A DNA stretch of 64,000 nt, from the NCBI GenBank assembly GCA_021613535.1, contig CP075495.1, positions 5,146,001 through 5,210,000 on the forward strand. Reading direction: 5' to 3'. The notes beneath the pieces are model-generated. The model was given only the letters and a program-made list of their open reading frames with translations, was not told the DNA's origin and did no database searches. Shown one piece after another: positions 12,718-25,945 of the stretch (the stretch's first letter is position 1; the number at the start of each line of letters is the position of its first letter). The position numbers were made by a program, and so were the translations under genes. The DNA is from Adineta vaga. Taxonomy: Eukaryota > Animalia > Rotifera.

Positions 12718-14363
12718 TTAGAACATAAGATGCTCATCCATATTAACATGAGAATGAGGTATTTGATATTCATTCTCTGTAGTCATAAGACCTTGATGAT
12801 GATCTATTGGCCAGTAGGACAAAATCTGAAAAGTTTCATGCATAATATCCGAGACACATTTATCTTTCTTAGCTGTTAGATTAGCGGCAGGAGTAATATT
12901 GTTAGTTGAGGATGATAAATGTTGATTTGTTTGTTGCTGTTGTTGAATAACAAGCACCGGTGTTGAATGTTGATTGGAATGTGATGGTAATGTTTCTTCA
13001 ACTACGAATGAGGGTGATATTATAATACAATGTGACATTTGGTTTTGCAATAAATTTTGATTATTAGACGTATTATTATGATAATGATGATTATTATTAT
13101 CATTGTTTTTCATTGAATTAGTCATAGACTGACGATCTGTCGATGAAATCATTGCAGTTGATGATGGATGATTTGAATTCGAATTTGAACCACCTGATGG
13201 ACTTGTTGATGCTGAACCAGGTGATGAAGATGATGAACAATCACCACTATTTGACGGATAATGATTTAAAACATGTTGTCCATGATCTTGTTGTTGTTGC
13301 TGCTGCTGCTGTTGCTGATGTTGTTGTTGTTGTTGTTGTTGTTGATGATGACCATTGCTGATCATTGATGATGAACTACCATTTATACCTCCTATAGTCA
13401 TACTATTGTCAGATAAATGAAATTCATCTGATCCCGTTACATTTGAATGTCCATAATGAGCAGGATAATATTGTACAGTAATATGTTCGTCATTCTGTAT
13501 TTCAACTTTCATTGATGATGTACAATGAATACCACCACGTAATGAACCCTGAGCTTTATTACGACGTAAACCTTGACTAACTATAAAATCATATGAAAGT
13601 TTTCGAACAAAGATCAATGATGAAACAATATGACTTACATGGTCCTGTACGATTACAATAATAATATTCAGTTGTTTGATTGTCCGATTTGCCTTTGGCA
13701 CCACAATTTTTCACATATTTTGAGTCAGTAAGATTTTCAAATGAAGCTTTCCATTCAGCAAAATCTTTTCATAATCAAACAAATATTATGAGAAGAAAAA
13801 AACCCTAGTTTCTATGAATTTACCTGCAAGACTAGTGAATTTCTTTTCTTCTGTACATTTGTATTCGGGTTTTTGATGATGATTTGATAGATGATTTCTG
13901 AGAAAGAAAACAGAGAAGAATTACATTCGTACGCATAATATTGAAACTTACCGAAGGTCAGAAATAGCCAACATTTGATATGTACAACCAGGTTCTTGAC
14001 ATTTGACACGATGAAGTGCGGTTGGTTCGACAATGCCTTCGCCGACGGAAAAAGAGAGACATAATAAATATTTTAACATTCGTTTGATAAAACATATTTT
14101 TATAAATATCATTCAATTTAAATCTAATTTACACGCTCTTAGAGGAACACGACAGAAAATGTTGATAGTCTCATCAAATTTTTAAACTCTTTCTTAGATA
14201 AGACTAACTTACCTCGATGTCTTTTCTTTTTGTGATAACGTAGTCCAGCACCAGATCGATAGACTTTTGCACACATTGAACACACAAAACGAGCTGCACT
14301 GCTCCCACCATTATCCAATCCAACTGACGGCGATGAGGCTGCCGACGCGCCTTTTTTTGTCAT
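12718..14363 (-). CDS. C2H2 zinc fingers + MULE-transposase-type (WRKY/GCM-like) zinc-binding domain + polyQ/S tail; paralog A
   Basis: Spliced: CSMCAKVYRSGAGLRYHKKKRH; CQEPGC..ISDLRNHLSNHH; F..WK..E..YVK..EYYYCNRTG..GSLR..HCTSSMKV..VQYYPAHYGH; low-complexity C-terminus. Confidence 0.75.
13288..13343 (-). repeat. CAA/CAG trinucleotide tract encoding polyQ
   Basis: (ttg)n/(ctg)n on the + strand, inside the last exon of the zinc-finger gene. Confidence 0.9.
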
Positions 14364-15365
14364 ATTTTCGAGCAGAAAGAAGAAAGAGAAGAAAAGAAGA
14401 AAGAGAAAGAGAAAGAGAGGAAAAAAGCAAGAAAAATCTGAAAACAAAAGAAAATATATATACACATGGTTCGTTGTTTTCATATTTGATCTTTTGCTTT
14501 TGCAATCAAACTTTTTAGAAGATTGATTCAATAAAATTGATTTACCAATAGGCTGTTTCATTTTTTTTTCTCTTTCTTGGTTGTATTCGAAATAAAAAAA
14601 GAAAAAAAAGTTATGAATAAACGAAAAAAAAACCAACGAACAAAACGAACAAACAAAATGTTCTGGAAGAGAAAAACAAAGGCATCTCTACAAAAAATGA
14701 AACAATACACAAACAAGTGTGTTGCCAGTTAGTTTCTTGTTTTCGTAGAAGAATCAGAAGAGACAGAGAGAAACAAAACAGAAGGCCACAAGTAGAATAG
14801 TGAGACACAGAAAAAGAGAAAGAAAGCTACAGGCAAAAACAAAAGTTTATCAACAGTAAAAAACAAAAACAAAATGAAAATGATGAGGCTCTTATTTCAT
14901 CATATGTTTCGCATGGAGAGAACACGTGCGCATGCGTATGTGTGTATCCTATTGAGAAAGAAAGAAAGAAAGAAAGAAGAACAGAGAGGGAGACCGGATG
15001 TTAGATGTGTATATATAAAGAAGAAGAAAAAGCCACTGTACAAAAAAAAAGCCTACACAAAAACGATTCAGTTTTCCTTTCTGTATTCAATCCACATTCG
15101 TCTATTTCAATACTCTTTTACTTTGTCACTGTTTCGTACTATTCATCAAAATAAAAATGAAAATGAACATCTGCTTAAATCGATGAATACTTAAAAAAAA
15201 ACTATTAAAAAAAACAAAATGGTTTTTTTTCGAATCTAGAAGTTGAATTGATTCGATGATCTCTTCAGCTAGAATGTTTCAAATGAAGAGAAGAGAGAAA
15301 GGAAGATTATTCTTTTTTGTGCAAATTATAAAATACACACATACACACGCACATACACGTGTTTA

Positions 15366-17181
15366 TCACACGCATTTGATAATAGTTGTATTCACCTGGA
15401 AAAAGAAAATAATATTTGTAAGTTTAAAGAATTAGATTAATAATAATCTATTGTCATTTTAAAGAAACATGAGTCTTTAGAATCTTAGTACTACACACCC
15501 TTCTCTCTCGTAAAATAAAGAATCTTTCTTTCGAAAAATAAAAAGGTATATTAAACTTATTTCTTACAGGCGCAATATTGATAATTATACTTGATGTTTG
15601 CGTATGATGTTGATGCTGAAGTCGAACACAATGATCTGTAGTCGTTGTTTGTGTTTGTTGTTGAACAGCTGCTTGTACAACTGTTTGAATGGGCGGAATA
15701 GTTTGTTGTTGTACAGATGATTGTTCAGCTAATTCACCATTAGTCGATAGAACTGAATTGCCATTTGTTGATGATGAAGGCGCTTGTAAAGGTGGTTCAG
15801 CTGTATGACCGTAATGTGCGGGATAATACTGTACGGACACTTGATCATTACGACTAATATCAACTTTCATGGAGGAAGTACAATGAATTCCACAACGTAA
15901 TGAATCAAGAGTTTTGGAATTTCGACGCCAGCCTTGTCGACTTTGTTTATCTAGACAAGAAAAAGAAATTTTCAATCAATTGAAAACAAGAAAAACAAAT
16001 AATCAATAGAAAATAGTTATTTACATGGTCCTGTTCGATTGCAATAATAATATTCAGTTGTTTGATTCTCAGATTTGCCTTTCGAACCACAATTTTTTAC
16101 ATATTTGGAACCACTACTTTGTTCAAATGTACTTTTCCATTCAGTAAATTCTAAAGAAAAAGCAAACCATAAAACATTCAATATCCTGTAGTGAAGAAAC
16201 ATTGAATGTCATCAAGACTTTGTTGACATTTCTTTTCGTGTACTAACATAGATGACGATCGGTTCTCTATACAATATTAATTATTCAGATTCTCTAGAAT
16301 TGTTCATAGAAACAAGAGAGAAAATCAAATATAGCTTTAGGTATAATCAAAACTATCCTTCAAGAAAACTTCAAGATCAAATTTGTTTGTATATACGATA
16401 TAGGTTAACAGAATGACTCTTCAAGCTAGTAATACTCTACACAAAGACTTTATTTCTTCAAGAAATCTTACCAGCAAAAGAATTGAATTTTTTCTCTTCT
16501 GTCGTTTTATATTCTGGTTTGACATGATGATTTGCTAGATGGTTTCTCAGATCAGATATAGCCAGCATTTGATAAGCACATCCATTTTCAAGACATCGTA
16601 CTCGATGTAATTGTGTTGGTTTAAGCATACCTTCATCTGAACATGAAATATGAATGTAGACTTGTTCTTTCTTTTTTCTTACCTCGATGTCGCTTTCTTT
16701 TATGATAACGAAGACCAGCAGATGATCGATAAACCTTGTTGCACAAACCGCAAACAAGTCGATCTTGTCCAGGTGACTTAGTTGCTTTATTTTGAACTGT
16801 TGTATTAGCAAGTGTAGTTGTAGCAGATGAAGGTGCAACAAGTGTCGTTGAAGTATTGGTAGCAGCTGCTGATACCGTTTGTGATTGGACATTCGTTGTG
16901 GTCGGTAGTTGTTGAGTAATCATGGAAGGAACAGCTAAAGTTTAAAATGAAGTATTTTAACATTCATCGAAGTCATATCTACCTAATGGTGTTGTAATAA
17001 TCATTGGTGCAGTATTATTTACTGCAGACAATACAAAATGTTGTTGTTCACTGACAGGTTGCTGTTGAACAATAATAATACCATTAGATGTTGTGGTATT
17101 TGTTGTGGACGTTGTAATTGTTGGAGTAATGTTACCACCACCACCTGGTTGGGTATTATTCTGTTCGTTCTTTTTCGTCAT
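15366..17181 (-). CDS. C2H2 zinc fingers + MULE-type zinc-binding domain; paralog B (tandem duplicate)
   Basis: CGLCNKVYRSSAGLRYHKRKRH; CLENGC..ISDLRNHLANHH; FTEWKSTFE..YVKNCG..EYYYCNRTG; HCTSSMKV..VQYYPAHYGH. Probable last exon VNTTIIKCV* ending at 15366 (end less certain). Confidence 0.75.
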
Positions 17182-18400
17182 TAAACTCTTTCTTTCCTTA
17201 TTTTAATTTATGAGACTACTAATGAGAAGAATCTCAAAAAGGAGTATATGAAAAAAAGAAATTTAGAATCAAACGAAAAGAGAAAGAAAAAATATATATC
17301 TTCTATTATATATAATATATATTTATATTTATATACGATGAGTTATCTAAAACAGAAAAGAAAGAACAGGAGAGAAGAAGAGGATGGACAAAACATGTCT
17401 TGTGTTCTCTTTTCTACGACTCTAACGTTTAGAACAGAGAAGAAAGAAAAGAAAATACAGAACAACATTGTCAAAAGACAGAAACAAACTATCAGCATAC
17501 ATTTTCGCACTATGTGGCGTTCGGTTGGAAGAAGTAGTGATTTTTTTCCTTTTGCCTACCCCACCATCGTTCTTGTTCTCCTTCTCTCTCGTTCGCTCCT
17601 CTTTTCTCTTCTTTAAGCGTTAAGCATAGAGAAGAGGACAGAAAAGAAGTGATCACAGCGGGCGTCGTCGTCGATTTGGATGCATATATGTGTTCGTACG
17701 AGAGAAACGAAGAAATAGAAAGAAGAGAAAAGGGTAGGTAGAGAAACAAGGACAATGACGGACGACGACGACGACGACGGCAAGTAATCGTAGAAGGAGA
17801 AAAATAAAAAGGCCAAAAAAGAATAAAAAGGAAAAAGCCGAATGAATGGAGGAAAGGAGGACGACAAAAAGGGAAAGAAGTATATCATAGAAAGAAAAGA
17901 AAAGAAGAACGAGAATATTGCTTGCTTTTACCAATGATTTTTTTATGTGGACTGGGTATATACTAATAGATGGCAGTAGAGTATAGTTCATTTAATAACG
18001 CTACTTACTAAGGAAAGTCAACCGTAGATTGTAGCGCTTTTTATGTTTCATATGTTACAAAAGCGTATATATTAATTTTCATTTGTAATATCAAAAAGTT
18101 GTGAAATCAATTGCTATTTTCATAAGAAAATTAAATTCAGATAAGATTAATAACAGTAAGATGATGTCTTGAGCGATGTTTGAGTTATACAGAGTGATTT
18201 CCGAGAAACAAGTTTTCGATTTAACTTTAAATTTAGATCTGTTTAAAAGTAAATGTAAATGTTTTTTTTGTGACCTATGTATCAGATAAGTAATTTCATA
18301 AATCAAGAGAAAACAATCGAATTGTATTGACAAATCTTACTATTTTTTTTTTAAAAAAAAGTATTTTAGATCTTTCATTCATTCATTCATTCATTAATCA

Positions 18401-19580
18401 ATGTCGTCGACTGATTTTCCTCCATTAAAAAATGATCTTATTCTTCGTGCATGTCGAGGTGAATCTGTTGAACGTGTTCCTATTTGGATAATGCGACAAG
18501 CTGGTCGTTATTTACCTGAATATAAAGCAATTAGTGCTCAACATTCATTTTTTGAAGTATGTCGTACACCATCACTTGCATGTGAAGTTACACTTCAACC
18601 AGTGCGTCGATATGATCTCGATGCTGCGATTATTTTTAGTGATATTCTTGTTATACCTCAAGCACTTGGCATGCAAGTAGAAATGGTAGCTAATGAAGGA
18701 CCTTGTTTTCCTCAACCATTGAAAATACCCGATGATATCAATACAAAAATTGATCGTACACGTCAAGCTAGTATTGAATTAAAATATGTTTATGAAGCAA
18801 TTACTTTAACAAGACGTACACTCGATGGACAATGTCCATTGATTGGTTTTAGTGGTGCACCATGGACATTAATGTCATATATGATTGAAGGTAAATCTGT
18901 TTTCTAAAGTAAATTGATTGTTAACTTTATTTATTTCTTTTTTTTGTCACTTAGGTAAAGCTAGTTCGACAATGTCAAAAGCTAAACGTTGGTTATATAG
19001 TTATGAAAAAGAATCGCATGATCTGCTTAATATACTTGCTAAATTTATTATTGATCATCTTGTTGAACAAATTGCTGCTGGTGCTCAACTTGTTCAATTA
19101 TTTGAATCACATTGTGCTTGTTTAACACCTGATTTATTTAATCGTTTTTCTTTACCATATCTTTGTCAAATTGCTAAAGGTGTTCGTGATGAATTATCCA
19201 AACGAGAACTTTCTTTCGTACCATTTATTGTTTTTGCTAAAGATGCACATTATGGTCTTCAAGATTTATCTTCTACTGGTTTATTCGATGTAATTAGTCT
19301 TGATTGGACAATAACATCTGCATGTATACAATCATTAAGAAATGAAAATTCCAAATTAACTCTTCAAGGCAATCTTGATCCATGTGCACTGTATTCATCA
19401 AAAGATAGTTTAGAAAAATCTGTTCGTACAATGTTACAGATATTTGGCACGAAAAGATACATCGCTAATTTAGGCCATGGAATTTATCCAGATATATCTG
19501 TTGATAATGTCAAATGGTTTATTGATGCTGTTCATGAAATTTCAAAAGAATTGAATGATAGTAATACAAACAAATCGTGA
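18401..19580 (+). CDS. UROD: Uroporphyrinogen decarboxylase
   Basis: [51 protein letters not shown]. One intron at about 18891-18954. Confidence 0.97.
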
Positions 19581-19725
19581 TAGAAGTTTACTATTTTTTG
19601 ATTTAGTCTTTCGTTTTGTTAAATGACTTGTTTTTTTTTTAAAACGCATCGCATCTAGTTCTGCATTAGATTTGATAATTAGAGAGATGTTTTTTTATTG
19701 ACACTTGTTATCATTGGAGTTTTAG

Positions 19726-21563
19726 ATGTTTGATTGGATTTTTCCATCGTTTTTCATGCAAAATACTACGTCAACTAAGGTACGTTTTGATTTTATTATT
19801 TTGAATCCATTGAATTTCTGAGAAATTTTAGAAATCTCAAACTGCAATTCGAATTCTTAATGTTCAACAATTGGATGATTTATATTCACTTTCACATCCA
19901 TTTATAACATGCCCCGACACGATTGCTCATCTTCGCCAAACAAAAGTATTGTTTCAAATATCGAAAAATTCAATTTGAGTTTTAAAATACAGCAAATAAC
20001 TAAAATTCTTCGTTCTAGGTGATGTTCTTAATGCGCGGACTTCCTGGATCGGGTATGTCAAATGTATAGACTATTTCCATCATTATATTTTGATCTTCAG
20101 GTAAATCAACGCTTGTGAATATTCTCAAACGAGTATATTCCAAATCGTGTATTGTTTGTTCGGCTGATAATTATTTCATTAATGATCAAGGTGTCTATGA
20201 TTTTAATCGAGATAAACTCGGTGAAGCACATCGTGTATGTCAACAACAAGCAGATGATGCTTGCAAGTAAAGAATAATATATTTCGTTTTGTCTTCTTAT
20301 AAATATTTTTATTTTTATTTTATTTTAGAAATAGTATTCTAGCTGTGATTATTGATAATACAAATATTCGAATGGATGAATGTAGACCATATCTTCAAAA
20401 AGCATCCAATTATGGTTATATTGTAATAATTGTTGAACCAAGAACAGATTGGAAACGTGATGCAAATGTTCTAACACGTGAGCTGAAAGAAGAAATGATT
20501 TTGAAAGAGTATAGAGAATTTCTTTGTCTAGTTCGCAATACACATCAAGTACCAGCTGATGTCATCGTAGGACGTCTACGTCAATATCATCCAATAGTTC
20601 CATTTTATTTTGGTCTATTTCTTAATCATGAACAATCAACTTATGTTCTTCAACAAGCATATGATTATTACCTACAAGCTCTACAAGTGTTTCCGCAATT
20701 AAAAAAAGATCTTGAACGAATTAGTCGTGATAAAAGTAAAAACAACAGAAATGACTTAATTTTGCGCTGAGAAGCAAAGAAAATCTCATTTTATTGTAGA
20801 TATCTCTGTTAATGGATTATTAAGTCGATCAAATATGAGTGTTCAACCGAAGATTCTTCATTGTACTGTGAAATTTCTTGGAAAAGTTTCAGATCAAAAT
20901 CGAAATGATTATTCAAATTATGCTGGCAATCGTTTGATTTCACATTTATTAGGAAAAATGTGTCCAGGATACGTTGTCGGATTTACTATTACACCACGTA
21001 CATTAGGTGCACGTCTTCTTTTCACTGATCGCAACGTTTGGGCGTTATGGGCTCAAGATGATAATGAATTACCGGCAAAAGATTCACCTTCACAGGCCAG
21101 TAGCAATCACAGTGGTGGCGGTGATAATAAAAAACAACGTTCATATCGTCGTAATAATAAATCCAATGTTACAGCAACAACAACAGCTGATAATTTCAAT
21201 GTTGATGATGCATATGATACATCACCTATGGTCAGATCTGTAGCTGATGATGATGTACTTTTAGTCGATAAATTTATTCCACCGAGTGAAAGTGATGAAA
21301 TTTCATTTCTTCATCCCACATTTGGTTTTCTTTCGCGTGCTCATTTAACATGTGGTGTTGCACCTGGTGTTAGTGCAGCTAAAACCGGTGAAGATATGAC
21401 TGAAATGATTCGAAAAGAAAATAATAGTCTTCAAAGAAAAACTCAGCTACTTGATAGTGATAATGAACATACAGTTATGAAATTTTTTGGTGATGGACAT
21501 TGTGTTGTTTATTTAAAAGACCCAATACCAATTGAAACGATTTTTAGTGGATGTTTTCATTAA
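19726..21563 (+). CDS. CNP: 2',3'-cyclic-nucleotide 3'-phosphodiesterase with N-terminal polynucleotide-kinase-like P-loop
   Basis: HPFITCPDTIAHLRQTK-VMFLMRGLPGSGKST matches the CNPase N-terminus. Also SADNYF, IIDNTN, VEPRTDW, YFGLFL, and 2H-phosphoesterase motifs LHCT and AHLT plus TPRTLGAR. Confidence 0.88.
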
Positions 21564-21684
21564 TTCTCTTTTTTTTGTTTTCTTAATCGAACTTATAAAT
21601 CGGATGGTTGAAAAAGAATAAGAAGAAAATACATGTTTTCATTTTCTTTTTTTCGGTTTTTCAGATTAGATTTTTTTAGCTAGA

Positions 21685-24149
21685 ATGGATACGGAAAATG
21701 AAGATGAACAAATTCAAAAGCAATGTGTACAGTTATTCTCATCCACAGATTTTATTATGGAATCAAAAGTATTCGATACGATTAAAGAGTAAAACATTCT
21801 TTCTTATTTCAAAGAAAAAATTGTATATAATCATTTTCTTGTTTAGTTATTTTCGGCATGGTGGTGCACCTGATCAAGTTATTGAATTATTATCTGAAAA
21901 TTATATGGCTATTGCTCAAACAGCTACATTAATGGCCGACTGGTTGATATTAACTGGTGTTGAACCAGCTGATGTGGTCAATATGATTGTACAACATTTA
22001 CAAACATTAATTGAAAAACATTTTGAACCAAAAAAAGCAGATAGTATTTTTGAAGCAGGAGGTGTATGTATTTCTTTTTAGTTACTTGTAGAACAAATTG
22101 ATAATCTATTCCTCTGACAGGTTCCATCTTGGTTAACTGATATGACTGAACATATGAATTGGCGTTCAATGATATATAAATTAGCCGAAGCATATCCTAA
22201 TTGTTTGATGTTAAACTTTACCATTAAAGTAATATAATAAATCAGAAATGTTAGATTGATAATGAATTATACTTTTATATAGTTATTAGTCGATTCTGGA
22301 CATGAAGATGAAATTACAAGTGTACCAGTAGCAGCTCAACAAGTTGAAGTGTTTACTAAAGTATTGATGACAACTATTCAACGTACTATTGATAGTGAAC
22401 CTGATGGATGGCAACGAAATATTCAAGAACTTGTAGTATGTACTGCAATTATCATTATTCTTGAGATGTCAATTGAATAATTGATTTATCATACTAAATT
22501 CTTTTTTCATATTTTAATAGCAATTGGCTTGTCATAGTGAACACACGTATTTATATGCACAAAGTGTTCTTTCATCATTGGCAAATGATGCTAAATCAAT
22601 GATTATTCGACGCATTTCTGAAGAGATTGAGTTACATGCAAAAGCAAAGTAAAAATTAAAGAAAAACAAAATGTCTTTTCTCAACATTTCGAAATTCGTC
22701 TTTAATTCATTAGAGGGCATAATGTTACTGAAATCACTCTAACACTCGATGGTACAACTGTATATCCAAAAGTCTATCAACCACTCTGTACAATGTTATC
22801 AAAAAAAGCGTTAAATCCTGCTGATGTTACTACTGTAAGTTTTCCATAAGAGATCATTTCATTAGAATATATACTTCCTTTTAATAGCTTTATAAAATCT
22901 ATCAATCCAATGATGCACCACCAGTTGATCTTATTCGAAAACCTGCTTTCATCGGTACAATTAATGTCCTTAAAGATTCTTCTCTAAATCTTTATTTTTT
23001 AGAATTATTAATAACTCAGTTATTTGATCCTGATTCCACATTAAACCCCGAACATCGACCAAAATATATTAATCTACTCGCATATGCGTGTAGTGTTGCT
23101 GAAACGAATAAAAAAGTAAGTTTTTCACGTCTAAATATCCTATACTTCTAAATTAACTTTTTCTCTCTCTCTCTCTAGAGTTCTCGAAAGAATACAATTA
23201 ATAGTAAAGAAGAATTATCTCAAACAACCATAGCACTCGAAAAAGCACATGAAATCTGTATTAGTTCAAAATCAACAGTTGATCTGATCAGTGATTTGAA
23301 CGAACTCTATAAATGTCTTCGGTAAAATTTTACTTTTAAAAATAAAGTTATTTAAGAGTAAAATGTATGAACAAATTTTTTTGCAGATTTCCAATTGTAG
23401 CAGTATGTGTTCTTCGTTGGATTGAATTTCGTATATTTGATGCAAGTTATTTCAAACTTGATCAAGGTACAACACCAGTTCATTTAATTATTATTGATGA
23501 AGTATGCACACTAGACATGATTCAAACTTTTCTTTAATTAGTTCAATTTTAATTAGATTGTTAGTCTGCATTTCTTATTACATCAAAAAGCTTTTGAATT
23601 ATTAGTTCGTGTTTTTGAAGCTACATTTGCTGAACTTGACATACTCGTTCATGTAAGTATACTTAAAACGATTCTTTCTGATCATAAATGAATACATATA
23701 TATGTATATATATGCATAATATTAGTTGGAATTTAAAAAAACTATTCTTGATCGTATGGTACATATGCTTAGTTGTTCATTTGTCCATCCAATATTAGAA
23801 TATATAAAAAAACGTTGGGAACAACAAGATACAGATGTATCATTGATTCGTCATTTTGTATTCGAAGTAAATTACTACTTGTTTTCTTTTTATCAATATA
23901 GTTTTCTCTATATTATCTCGAAAGGTTTTGGAAATGATTGGTCCTCCTTACGAACCATCATTTGTACAATTATTTTTACCCATACTTCAAAATGAAGCTA
24001 TAGCTGGAACAATATCTCTTCGTACCGAAGAAGAACGAAAATGTGTCAAAGAATTTATAGGTAAATAGAAATCATTAAGTCAAAAAGTTGTTCATGTTTT
24101 AAATCTTATTTTAGATCATGCCTCGACGATTGTTTCATCGAATACATGA
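21685..24149 (+). CDS. NELFCD: Negative elongation factor C/D (TH1-like)
   Basis: [83 protein letters not shown]. Many short introns. Confidence 0.93.
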
Positions 24150-24320
24150 ACTGAACTATAGAATTTATGTTTGATTATTGTTCTCAAAGTCATTGTTTCT
24201 TTTTTTGTTCTAATGACTTTATTTGTATAGAATAATTTGTTTTCCTTGATGGAAATGAAAAAAAAACTTAAACATTCAGATCGCTTTCTATAATATCAAT
24301 TGAATTTTGTAGACAAATCA

Positions 24321-25391
24321 ATGCGTTTTTGTGCTAATATATCAACATTATTCAATGATATACCAAAACTTACTGAACGATACGTTCATGTTAGTCAACG
24401 GTAATTCTCTTTGAGATAAAAATGAAATTAAAACAGTTTCATAGGAATTTTATGAATCGATTATCTATAGGAAAGATTATCGATTTGAAGCAATTGAATG
24501 TCAAAATCCGTATGATCTACCATTAGATACATGGAAAGAGTCGATATCGAAGAATCGATCATTAGAATGGATTTTAATCAATAGTTTGCCACTTTATGAT
24601 CAAATAAAAGAGATTCCAACGTTCAATGAATATGAAAAACTAGTTCTAAATCGTACACTTGATTATGCTAAAGTGTTAAATGTGAATAAAATTCATCTAG
24701 TAATGATGGAAGCAAACAATGATTCTGATCGGTAAGAATGAGTTATATTATGATAGTCTCAATACAGTTCCTAAACATTGGAGAACTATGACAATCATAA
24801 TCGTTCGATATTTTAAGACTTTTCTTTTTCACACTTTTTACATTTCTAAAGATTGAAGATTATTGATCTTGTACATCGAGCAGCTCAATTCTTCCAACCA
24901 CATCGTATTCTGTGTTTAATTGAACCACTTTCAACACGATTGAATTATTATTTACAATCATATTCAACAGCAATCGAAATTGTGCAATCATCGAAAAGTG
25001 ATAATCTAAAAGTAATGTTAGATTCATTTCATCTTCAACGACTTCATGGAAATTTAACTGAAAGAGTTAAAGTATTTTGTATTACATGCGATTAATTCTG
25101 AATGATAATCAATATTTTTCTTTCAAGGAATTAATTCCATTTGTTGGACATGTTCAAATTTCACAAACACCAAATCGTGATTGTCCCATGAATGAAAATG
25201 GAGAAGTCAATCATCGATATTTTCTATCAAAACTTATCCAACCATTTTATCAAGATTACATTGGACTTGAATATAATGGTAAGAGACATAGAAAGATCTA
25301 CTATAGCATATATACGATTTCGAATTATATAGACTCAAGTGATGTATCTTTAAATTGGCTTGATGAATTCACCGCAAAAAATCAAGTTTAA
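24321..25391 (+). CDS. HYI: Hydroxypyruvate isomerase-like (xylose isomerase TIM barrel)
   Basis: MRFCANISTLF, LIEPL, MLDSFHLQRLHGNLT, VGHVQISQTPNR..P..GEVN, IGLEY. Confidence 0.88.
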
Positions 25392-25945
25392 GTATCCTGT
25401 TTAATCTTTCATTAATATATTCTTAATTGATTATCGTTTTTGTATGCAATAACTTTTGATTAGAATAAATCTACATAAGTCTTCTTTTCAAGTCTTTCAT
25501 TTTCATATGAATACAATATCTTTTATTTAACCTATTGTAACTGTCTGTAACGTGTCTTGATCGTTACACATAACTCGATATCAATATTTAGAATAAATCT
25601 ATGTTGAAAATGCTATCATATATCGAATGCATATTGTTCATTAAAAAGACAAAATAATAATCTAGAATACATGTGCATTTTAAAGTGCATAAATGTGTTA
25701 ACCGATATGATTTGAAGAGATGAGTGATGAATCATAAAATGCTAGTCTACTCTTTTTCTTTTACTCTACGAAATTCGCTAACACTAACCAAACTGATTTG
25801 ATTTGTACGTAGCATAGTTAAATATCTTTATATTGAAATAAAATTTCAATAATTTGTTTTTGTGTTTACTAGATCCTTTTAAATTTGAATTTTATTCATA
25901 TTTGAATTTTGTTTATTTTAGATTTGTTTATCATTAAAGAAAATC

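Noticed and set aside
13143-13361. ORF with poly-Val/Ala on +
   Set aside because: Antisense shadow of the polyQ exon.
14370-15200. Phe/Leu-rich and Lys/Arg/Glu-rich ORFs here and at 17248-17991
   Set aside because: Artefacts of purine/pyrimidine-skewed low-complexity UTR or promoter DNA upstream of the zinc-finger genes.
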